From a virus (Duplodnaviria > Caudoviricetes): a DNA stretch of 63,143 nt. The translations under genes were made by a program, and so were the position numbers. The stretch spans positions 1 to 63,143 of the IMG/VR virus record IMGVR_UViG_3300009149_000033. One strand, given 5' to 3'. Positions 17,087 to 26,400 of this stretch are shown here, one piece after another (position 1 is the first letter of the stretch; every line of letters starts with the position of its first letter). Under the pieces are notes generated by a model that ran no database searches, was not told the origin of the DNA, and saw only the letters and a program-made list of their open reading frames with translations.

Positions 17087-20000
17087 TTATATCGGTTCAT
17101 ACTGCCGTATTTCAGTTACTCTAAAGCTGTTGTCGTGCAACAACTCTCGAATTATAAGTTGGCGATGCTCGTAGTTGGTGTCATTTAAATTAAACTCAGG
17201 ATACTCAACTACAGGATCTAATCCTTCCCTATATGCCGATGATATTACCCTAGCCTGGTAATTGTTTAGAGGTACCAGAGCATCGCTGTAGGTAGCCTTA
17301 GGTACTGATGCTTCCACGCTTTCAGAGCTTTCAATAACAGAACCAAAAAAGTACATATCAACTATCCCCGTTGCCCCTGCGTCATAGTTATCTGTGCTCC
17401 AGAAACTCCTTTTAATACCTTCACCTATGTCATCTAACATGTTTACAGGATCTTCTACTAAAATACCTTGCTGTCCAGTTTCTGCTCCAGTCTCTCCAAA
17501 ACCAATAATAAGCATATCCTGATCCCAATTCCTCCACTGAACGCGATATTCAGACTCACTATACGATAAAAATATGCCACTCTCAGCAGAAGGAATATTA
17601 TAAACAGGATCGTTATCTAAAGAAGGTACCCTGGGGTTAGGAGTTCCTACAGGACCGGTTAATCCTAAATCGACTGCACCACTAGGCCCAGTAAAGCCAC
17701 TAATCCCTGTTGCGTAAGTTGAACCATCAGTATATATTACTTCTGATGTCAAAGGCACTTGAGTTTCTTGCCCCGTATAATCAGTAAATAAAGTATTAGG
17801 ATCTCCAGTAGGAAGCCCTGTAATTTCTGGGTTATCTGGATTACGCGGGTATGGGTCTGGATCCGGATCTGAAAAATTCAAAACAAAATTAATACCTGTA
17901 TCTCCATACCCTGGATAATGTTGTAACAGGCTGTCAGGCAAAGAGTAAGAGTGAGAGATAAGACCATTAAGTACAAGCTTCCTTTGAACTTCATTAAGCC
18001 TAACATCGACGTTAAAGACTACATCCCTTTCAAGCTCAAAATTATATTCATTACTAGCACCGCTAAACGGTTTGTTTATCTCTGCGGTCTCATGATCAAT
18101 AATATTTGTTATAACATACCTTTGGTCTTCGTAAAATACTCTATTAGACAGAGTAATCGGGTCCCACTTAATAACTGCAACATTTTTGACAGTTATTGTG
18201 TCACCTCTTCTTGTACTTCTTAAATCTGTTAACCTGGATTTTATTATCCTACTACTCCCTAGTAACTTTACAGAACCATATTTAAGGTCATCCGGAACCT
18301 TATTTACAAAGTCTAAATAATCATTTACTCTTAACTCTCTATTAGGATAATACTGTTCGATCATTGTTGTAGAGATAGGTAAAGTTTTACTTCCCTCATT
18401 TATAGTAGAAAGAGGTAGGTCTGTGCCAGAACTATTAAACTTTTTTATTTCTAGGTCTGAGTATAAATTAATGTTTCTATGAGTTTTATAGTCACAGACT
18501 CTATTGTATTCTATATCCCCCGACTTGTCTTGGCCTATAATAGTAAAACCTGCCTGTAAATCTTTATGCGCAGCGGTTTGACCCTCATACGTATTTACAG
18601 GAGTGTCAGGATACTCAGAATAAACAAAGTGAGCGTCATCGTTATATGTCTGTACAAAAGGAGGAGTGCCCTTATACAGTTGAGTGCTCGCAGGGATATT
18701 TTTATCTAAATACTTATCATTAAGTACTATATTATTATCTGTGTCCTCTAAATACTCCGGACTAAACATAAGTTCAAACTCATTTAAATTACCGCTATTA
18801 TTCTTAAAAGAACCTTGAGCTCCTTGCTTTTCAAAAGAATTTAAAGAAAAAGTGTCAGAAGAATTTAAAACAGAAGAATTAGAAAGATTAAAGACTCTGT
18901 ACCTATACCCTATTTTAAGGACTGTCTCATCTTCTGTGTATGGATATAAAGAATTATACGTAGGACTTAAATCAGGTATGATGGTGTAGTTGTCATAAGA
19001 ATTAAATACTGTATCAGGTATAGAACCCTCTAATTCGTCCGGGGTCATGACATACTTACGATTATAATGCGTATAGTAAAAATCAAACTTTAAAAAACTG
19101 CATGATGGAGGTATAAAATTTAATCTAATATGACCTAATAAAGGTTTGATAGAAAAAACAGCATTTTCAACTTCTAAAAAATTTATAATCCTATAAGGGA
19201 ATATATCAGATCCTTTATTGGGTGGCACAAGATCTGCTGGAGGAAACTCAGAGCTAAGTAGTATGGTATTAGAGTCTATTACTTCTTCGACAGTATATAC
19301 TAGAGTGCTATCTAAATAATTTACAGCTGTTATGATTATTGTATCGTCTACAGCAACCGAAGAAAAATCAGCTGAAGTATCGACAACTATATTTGATCCC
19401 CTAGTAATTACTAAATTACCGTTTTCTACTAAAGACCCTACTGACACAACTACGTCGCTAGCTGTAGCAAGTTTACCCTTATTGGTCATTATAGGAAACT
19501 TATTCACTTGATGATCTAGAGTATCCCCGGATAAACTTGGGTCTTCTACGTTAAAAGGCCATAAAAGTTTATTTATAACAACATCAGTTCCTATTATTGT
19601 ATACTCTGCCCCTAAATTGTTATCTCCAGGAGCATCCTGTATTTCTGTCCTAAACTCTTTTATATAACTATTGGGCTTAGGGTACCTATCCGCGTAATAA
19701 TAGTCTACTCTTATTGTGCTATTAAAAGGCGGCAAAAAATTAAAAGTTACTATTCCCGTCCAAGGATCCAGGGAAAATATAGAATCATCTACCTTTAAAC
19801 CATTCACATAGACTATTAGATCTGACTCAGAAGCAGGGTTGCCTGCTGAGTCTAAAACTGGAAGTAAAGGCATTACGTATTGGTCTGAGTCCTCGGATAT
19901 AGCGTAATAAGCTGGTACGTTTTCCTCTCCAGGATTGTTTTGAATATCCCAGTCCTGAAACAATACTATAAACCCAGAAGTTAATCTAACCTCTGGCCAC

Positions 20001-21721
20001 GACCAATATTTTCTTGTGTCTTCATAAAAGGGAATAAGCTGGCATTCTGCGTCTCTATCGCAAGCTTGTGTTTCTTCCTCAACTGATTCTATAATAGAGT
20101 TATTTGTGGAATCGAAAAGTTTTGATGTTTCAGAGACTCTTATACTATAATTGGTACTAGAATTTTCTAGTTCAGAGTAACCATATTGATTAATAAATAT
20201 TTCTTTAGCTTGAGAACTAGAGATAGGCTCCTGCGGCTCTGTTATAGAAAATTGAGCTCCGGACTGAAAAGTATCATCAATAAAAAGGCTATAAATATAT
20301 ACTTGTTTTTCTATAAAATTTTTAGTGTCTTTTCTAGCGTAAAACCTACTTTCTACGTCAACTACTTTTACGACTCCATCCTCAACTATTACATGATAAC
20401 CCTCAGGTAACCCGTCCCGTGTACTTAAAACTTTTTTAACATTTTTTTGAAAATAGGGCAGGTCAATAATCTCTTGGTCAAATTGTTTATAGCTGTTGTC
20501 CTGTACTTGTTCAGGGATATTATAAAAGTCAAAAGTTTCCGTATACTTTTTACCCTTAAATATTAGCTCATTGCTAGGGTATAAATCTGATAAATTTATT
20601 CTATACTCGCCGTCTCCGTCTCTTGTATATACTAGAGTGTTGCTATTATAAACAACGCTGGAAGAGTCAGATAAAGTTATTACTTCGTCGGTACTGTTTA
20701 TAGAACTTATTGTCCCTGTATATTCCCACTCTGAAGATATTAAAGTAGAAGTAGACGAAGAATCCTTTGTTGCGAAATATTTAATTTCATCCCCTATTTC
20801 TAACACTGTAGGACTTATTAGAGAATCGTTTCCCTGCGCGTTTCTACTGTAAAACTTTGTACTGCTTGTGTAAACAACTATCTTATTGTTTGTAAGTTTT
20901 ATAACTCTTGTGTCCAGGTCTATAGAGTGTAAGACACCAGTACTCCACCCCTCTTGCCCTGTCTCTACTGCCGTAAGATAAACTCTAGAGGCAACATAAG
21001 TTACGACGTACATCTTATCAGAATAATAAACTATCTCGCTACTAGAATTAGTCTCATATTCAGGAGTACAATCTCCTCTTTTATCAATATTTTCTGTCCA
21101 TACTAATCTTGTGTCATAGAGGACGTGTGCTGGTCTTATTAAATCCAGGAAAAACTTTAAGTCACTTATTATAGAGCCAATGTCACTAGAACTACCTACG
21201 TTGTCCATAGCAATATCAAAAAACATTTTATGCGTGTCTTTAACTGTATAAGATGTTTTTTTTATTCTAAGAGAAAGATAAACTTCTTTTAAAATTACAG
21301 GAAGGCTTAATATGTCTGATACTGTTGCTTCTAGATTATCCGGACGGCTGCCTCCAAAATATCCATTCCTAACATTTATTAAAAAGTCTCGATACTCGGT
21401 ATCCGCAAGATTCTCGTTTATAGAGCGCTCACCAAGAAAAAGCATATCACCAAGAACCAAAAATAGATTTTCTGCCCTGGTTTCAGTGTGAAATTTATCA
21501 TCACTGACTTCGGAAGAGGAAAACTCAAAACGAGCAAATTCTTCTGCCACCGATCTAAAGAATTCAGCTAGATTAGTGTTTGTACTTCTAGTATAGTTAC
21601 TAGGCAGCTTATCAAGCATACTAGCTTGAATAGTACGAACTCTACTCAATAGACTCTTCTGGTACTCTACTCCTGTGCCAAATCTTTGTCCTTCAACCTT
21701 ATTCTGTGTACTATTATCCAT
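17087..21721 (-). CDS. Large baseplate wedge protein (P2 gpI / T4 gp7-like N-terminal domain)
   Basis: N-terminal LPSNY...LFLVLG...YRDFL...LDLIRPAHV wedge signature; repeated GIVTFNFLPP / GHIRLNFIPP modules; Gly/Thr-rich C-terminal part. Confidence 0.7.
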   Translation of the reverse strand: MDNSTQNKVEGQRFGTGVEYQKSLLSRVRTIQASMLDKLPSNYTRSTNTNLAEFFRSVAEEFARFEFSSSEVSDDKFHTETRAENLFLVLGDMLFLGERSINENLADTEYRDFLINVRNGYFGGSRPDNLEATVSDILSLPVILKEVYLSLRIKKTSYTVKDTHKMFFDIAMDNVGSSSDIGSIISDLKFFLDLIRPAHVLYDTRLVWTENIDKRGDCTPEYETNSSSEIVYYSDKMYVVTYVASRVYLTAVETGQEGWSTGVLHSIDLDTRVIKLTNNKIVVYTSSTKFYSRNAQGNDSLISPTVLEIGDEIKYFATKDSSSTSTLISSEWEYTGTISSINSTDEVITLSDSSSVVYNSNTLVYTRDGDGEYRINLSDLYPSNELIFKGKKYTETFDFYNIPEQVQDNSYKQFDQEIIDLPYFQKNVKKVLSTRDGLPEGYHVIVEDGVVKVVDVESRFYARKDTKNFIEKQVYIYSLFIDDTFQSGAQFSITEPQEPISSSQAKEIFINQYGYSELENSSTNYSIRVSETSKLFDSTNNSIIESVEEETQACDRDAECQLIPFYEDTRKYWSWPEVRLTSGFIVLFQDWDIQNNPGEENVPAYYAISEDSDQYVMPLLPVLDSAGNPASESDLIVYVNGLKVDDSIFSLDPWTGIVTFNFLPPFNSTIRVDYYYADRYPKPNSYIKEFRTEIQDAPGDNNLGAEYTIIGTDVVINKLLWPFNVEDPSLSGDTLDHQVNKFPIMTNKGKLATASDVVVSVGSLVENGNLVITRGSNIVVDTSADFSSVAVDDTIIITAVNYLDSTLVYTVEEVIDSNTILLSSEFPPADLVPPNKGSDIFPYRIINFLEVENAVFSIKPLLGHIRLNFIPPSCSFLKFDFYYTHYNRKYVMTPDELEGSIPDTVFNSYDNYTIIPDLSPTYNSLYPYTEDETVLKIGYRYRVFNLSNSSVLNSSDTFSLNSFEKQGAQGSFKNNSGNLNEFELMFSPEYLEDTDNNIVLNDKYLDKNIPASTQLYKGTPPFVQTYNDDAHFVYSEYPDTPVNTYEGQTAAHKDLQAGFTIIGQDKSGDIEYNRVCDYKTHRNINLYSDLEIKKFNSSGTDLPLSTINEGSKTLPISTTMIEQYYPNRELRVNDYLDFVNKVPDDLKYGSVKLLGSSRIIKSRLTDLRSTRRGDTITVKNVAVIKWDPITLSNRVFYEDQRYVITNIIDHETAEINKPFSGASNEYNFELERDVVFNVDVRLNEVQRKLVLNGLISHSYSLPDSLLQHYPGYGDTGINFVLNFSDPDPDPYPRNPDNPEITGLPTGDPNTLFTDYTGQETQVPLTSEVIYTDGSTYATGISGFTGPSGAVDLGLTGPVGTPNPRVPSLDNDPVYNIPSAESGIFLSYSESEYRVQWRNWDQDMLIIGFGETGAETGQQGILVEDPVNMLDDIGEGIKRSFWSTDNYDAGATGIVDMYFFGSVIESSESVEASVPKATYSDALVPLNNYQARVISSAYREGLDPVVEYPEFNLNDTNYEHRQLIIRELLHDNSFRVTEIRQYEPI

Positions 21722-21858
21722 TTACGCTCTTCACAATGCTGTTTAGATAGTTATAAACTTCTATCAAATTTGTACCTAAATATCTTTTAACTTCTACCTT
21801 TTAATAAACTCTATAGTATTATTAGCTATATAATAAAAAAATTTTATAAAAAGGAATC

Positions 21859-22749
21859 CTACTCCACTTCTATATAGTTTACCTTTACCTCTATATCTTC
21901 ACCGGCTTCATTAGCAACTTTTAACGAAACAGTATATGTTCCAGGAGTCGTGTAGATATTTTGAGGGCCTGTCTCAGAAGAACCGCGACCATCCCCAAAA
22001 GTCCAATCGTACTCCTCTAAACTTTCACCAGCACTTAAATCTGTAAAATCTACAGCTAACGGAGCACTACCCGATAAGGGTGTGCCCGAAAACTCAGAAC
22101 CAGGTTTAACTTGCCTTACTATCGTAGGCTTCGGCACGGACTCTCCCTCAGCGCCACGAGGCCCTGTTTCTCCTACTATCCCTACTCCAGGAAGTCCTGT
22201 ATGGCCCCTACTACCTTGCACTCCTTCTATACCTGTTACACCTAATATACCTGTTATACCTGTATAACCTGTTTCACCCTTTGGTCCTGTCTCTCCGCGA
22301 GGGCCTTCTAACGTGAAATTCCCATAACCCTTATATACTTCTATATCTTCCGGTTTTACTCTTTTTATACCTGTCAACCCAGCAGTACCATCTTGAGTCA
22401 ATTTAACCAACAGCAAAGGAACCTTCCCAGAGATATTAGCAAAGACTCTAATCTCGCCCGAAGACACTTTATTGTAAGAAATACTGGGAACAACTTCTAT
22501 CTGACCCTTATCCGTCAAAACTATAAGAGCATAAAGTATTCCATTTACTTCATTAAAGATTCTACTTGAGAGAGTCTTCATGTAGTTTGTTACTGTTTGC
22601 TGTACATCTATTTTTAGATCGTTGAAAAAAATCCAACGGTTATTTACTAAGGTAGAGCCGCCTTTGATAGTGTACACACTATCTCCATATACATTTCTAT
22701 CTTTTTCCTTTAAACCGAAGCTTTGTTTTTCTATTCTTTTAAGTCCCAT
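21859..22749 (-). CDS. Collagen-like fibre protein A (N-domain, Gly-X-Y tract, PKD domain)
   Basis: Gly-X-Y tract at 22138-22305; PKD signature WTFGDG...YTTPGTYTVSL. Confidence 0.85.
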   Translation of the reverse strand: MGLKRIEKQSFGLKEKDRNVYGDSVYTIKGGSTLVNNRWIFFNDLKIDVQQTVTNYMKTLSSRIFNEVNGILYALIVLTDKGQIEVVPSISYNKVSSGEIRVFANISGKVPLLLVKLTQDGTAGLTGIKRVKPEDIEVYKGYGNFTLEGPRGETGPKGETGYTGITGILGVTGIEGVQGSRGHTGLPGVGIVGETGPRGAEGESVPKPTIVRQVKPGSEFSGTPLSGSAPLAVDFTDLSAGESLEEYDWTFGDGRGSSETGPQNIYTTPGTYTVSLKVANEAGEDIEVKVNYIEVE

Positions 22750-22763
22750 ATTAAAACCTAAAT

Positions 22764-22773
22764 TATTATAAGA
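22764..22773 (-). promoter_or_regulatory. Candidate late-promoter motif variant TCTTATAATA
   Basis: In a 27-nt gap, preceded by TAA as in copy 1, and 14 nt from the ATG (13 nt for the copy at 43592). Confidence 0.4.
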
Positions 22774-22776
22774 TTA

Positions 22777-23421
22777 TTAACTAAACGATTGAAAGGGAAA
22801 ATGAATAGTCCAACTAACACCAGTCAATCCTTGCTCCCCTATTTCTCCTTGGGCACCTATACCGTCTATTCCTGTCTCTCCTATATGCCCTGTTATCCCC
22901 CAGGGTCCCATTTGCCCTATTACCCCTGTTACTCCTCTAAGACCTGTATCTCCAGGCTCTATACCGCTCATACCTTGTGTACCAACTATATTCTTGTCTT
23001 TTATATTACCCGCGCCTGAAAAGACAACAATACTTGAGTCCGTTATACTTTTAAATGAATTAAGATCGTTAGTTCCATCCTGTACAAGTATAATCCCTAC
23101 AAAAGGTAAAAAAGTTGTGATTGCCGGAACAGGCACTCCGTTATTAGAAGAGTACTTAACTTGAGTACCTTCTGCCGTTCTAATCGTACCAAAGCTATCT
23201 ATTCCTATAACGAGCATCACGGAATAGCTTCTGTTTAAGAAAAATCTAGTACGAGGGGAAACTACTACATCCTTTATATAGTCCCTTATCTTATAATTTA
23301 TACTCTTATAAGATACCCATTTATTATCAATAACAACAGAACCAGAGCTTATGTTAACGGTATCCTCTGATATAGCTCTTACTTTTTTACCAGTTATTAA
23401 ATTATTATTAATCTTAATCAT
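22777..23421 (-). CDS. Collagen-like fibre protein B (N-domain, Gly-X-Y tract, short aromatic tail)
   Basis: Gly-X-Y tract at 22813-22983; N-domain resembles protein A (GSVVIDNKW vs GSTLVNNRW; LVQDGT vs LTQDGT). Confidence 0.85.
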   Translation of the reverse strand: MIKINNNLITGKKVRAISEDTVNISSGSVVIDNKWVSYKSINYKIRDYIKDVVVSPRTRFFLNRSYSVMLVIGIDSFGTIRTAEGTQVKYSSNNGVPVPAITTFLPFVGIILVQDGTNDLNSFKSITDSSIVVFSGAGNIKDKNIVGTQGMSGIEPGDTGLRGVTGVIGQMGPWGITGHIGETGIDGIGAQGEIGEQGLTGVSWTIHFPFQSFS

Positions 23422-23433
23422 ATTATCTTCCTA

Positions 23434-26400
23434 TTAATCAAATATCAAAGAAGGTCCTTTTTTACGGACAAAACCTGAAGGTGAAATCTCATTAGAGCCT
23501 AATGGTATATAAACTGTAACACCTCCATTTTCACACTCAGTTAAAGACCCAGACCCCTTAAAAACTGCTGCTGAAGCTTCTATGTCTGTGCCATCTACTG
23601 AGCTGTCTATTGTAGTGGTTGTATCTGTAACTATAATAGACCTTGTTACGGATTCTGTTTGGCTAAAAGAGTCAACTACAGTAAGCGTAACATTGTAGGT
23701 GCCTGTATTATTAAATACGTAAGAAAAAGTCTGAGCGCTAGAAACCGTACCTATACCAGATATCTCCCAAGCCCAAGTAGCTACCGAGTTATTAGATATA
23801 CCGTTAAATAGCACAGTTAAAGGAACTTTACCTGTAGATGGAGTCGCAAGAAATCCTATCTTTAGGTCAGAAGACCCAACAGTTATCTGAGCCGTTTTAT
23901 TTACAGTTATTAAAGAAGTTTCTTCTACGTTTAAATACCATATAATATCTACAGATACTGTATAAGTTCCGATGTTACTGTACACGTAGCTAGGTGTAAA
24001 CTCCTCAGAGTCAACTACACCGTCATTTGTAAAGTCCCACTGCACTTCACTTATAGTACTTGGCTGTCCATTAAGTAATGAAAAATTAACCGTTAGAGGA
24101 GCTTCTCCTGAAGAAGTAGAAGCAAATATGTATATATCCTCTACCACAGTAAAAGGCTCTACTACTGTGTATACTGTACTCTCCGTATCGGTAGCTTCAA
24201 GTTTAATGCTATAGGTTGCAGGAGCCAATATTTGTTGTGTAAAAACTTTATCCAGCGGATCAGTCGTACTCTTTGAAAAAACAACAATCTCTCCTAAACT
24301 AGGATCATCATAAATAATTTCCCAATCCCATTGTACTATACCAGAATCATTCACAGGAGTAATAATAAAAGTTTGTGGTACGTTCCCAGGAGTAGGAGCT
24401 ATGCTTATTTCAAGAGCGTCCGTTACGGTAACAGTTTTAGATACACTTGCATTAAACCCATATATATTATATACAGTCATTAAAGGATTAAACACCCCTA
24501 CTCCCGTATATGTGTGTAGAATAGTAGAACTTATAGTAGCACCTGTAAAACCATCCCCAAAGTCCCACTCCCAACCTGTTGGAGACCCTATGCTAGCATC
24601 TGTAAATAATCCAGTAAATGGTGTCTTGCCGCTATCTGGGGTAACTGTAAAATCAAGACTTAAGTCAGACACAAAAACTCTTAGTTCTGAAAGATTTGAA
24701 TCTCCCGCATTATAGTTAAAAACTGCTTCCGTAGGTAAACCTTCATCTAAGGTTAAAACAGCATCAAAAATACCTGCGGTAGTAAAGGTATGACTAACGC
24801 TGTAAGTAGCTCCTGGATTTGCTTTAAAATGGACCGGAGAACTATCCCCAAAATCCCACTTTAAAGTGTTAGGAGGTCCTCCTAAAATAGTAGTGGTGTA
24901 GGATACTGGATTATTTATGTACAAAGCATTAGGGTTAACAGTTATAGTAAGACCGATAACTACTAACTCAGTTGACGAGGATACAGTCTGTTTAGTGTAG
25001 TCTAATCCAGACACTCCAATATCTCTAGCAATAGCTTCTACCGTATAAGTACCTTCAGTGAGGTACCCACTATACTGCAATCCCGTAACATTAGAATCAG
25101 TATCTCCATTACCTAAATCCCAGGAGAAAGCCTCATACGGAGGGTCTGGTATAGGGTCTAAGGGTCTAGTAGCTCCTGTTACCCCGATATCAAAAGTTTT
25201 AGGCACACCCCCGTACCAGGCATCAGGGTAAGCTATAACACTATAACTTAATTCTTTTACAACTACAATGTATCCTACTTTAGTTTCGGTTGTTCCAGTA
25301 TCTCCATTTATATAAAGAGAAACAGTATAAACTCCCTCTCCTACGTATTCGTGCGTAGGACTTCTAGTAGTAGAAGTACCGCCATCACCAAAGTCCCAAT
25401 TCCAGGAAGTAGCTCCCGTATCATATAGGGGCTCAAACGAAACATTTACAGCATAATTAGCCCCTCCAAAAGTAGCTTTAGCTACTATCTCATTATCTAC
25501 ATCTTTGTAAATAAAATTTGTAGCATCCCCTTTAAGGCTTAAAACTAACCCGAAATAAAATGCTCCAACACCAGTTCTAGACTCACCCCACAAACCTACA
25601 GGATAGTTTGTATAAGATCCAGACCCAGGGATAGAAATACTAGAACCTATCCTAATGTAAGAAAAGCCTTCTTTTGTATCGGAGATAATAGAAGTAAAAG
25701 AGGGCCACGATATTCCTAAATTTTGTTGATTAGTACCTGTATATGTTATTCCTGTTCCAGACCATGTCGTGTCTGTTTGAGCTACATCTTGTAAATCTAT
25801 TGAATTGTAGGTCCAGGAACCGGGTGTAACCGCAGGAGTATCAATAACAGAATCTAGTATATCCGTGTCGCTATCTTTTGAACCATAAGGAAAACTACTA
25901 GAATCTCCGGGAGTAACACCTTCTGCTTGAAACTTAAAACACCCCATACCGTGATTATCAGCACCTTCAGCATTTAAATAAAAAGCATCTGAGTAACTAT
26001 GGGACCCGGTCACTGCTATCCAGTCATAAGGATTATCTACAGAATACTCTGCAGTAATAACACCACTAGTACGAGTAAGCCTACAATAGACTTTTCTAAA
26101 AGGAGAATAACTTACTGTAGCAGAGCCTATATTATCAAAAGTTAAAGTACCTGGATCGTACGTGAATCCTGTTTCTACAGCATCAGTAGAAGAATTTATA
26201 ACCAATATTTTTTGAGATATATTACCTGTATTTACATCTGCTAGAGCAAAGCACATTTCTAGTATAAAATCGCCGGTTAATGAAATACCCGCTGGAGTTA
26301 GTTGTACGCTAGTATTCCCATTCTGTACCGCTACATAACTACCGGAACCCACAGGCCTTTCCTCAAGCTCAAACTTATTAGCATCAGTAGTAAACTCAGA

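Noticed and set aside
21722-21858. Largest intergenic gap as a possible ncRNA or origin
   Set aside because: Very AT-rich with only weak palindromes, no iterons and no clear copy of the late motif; nothing supportable.
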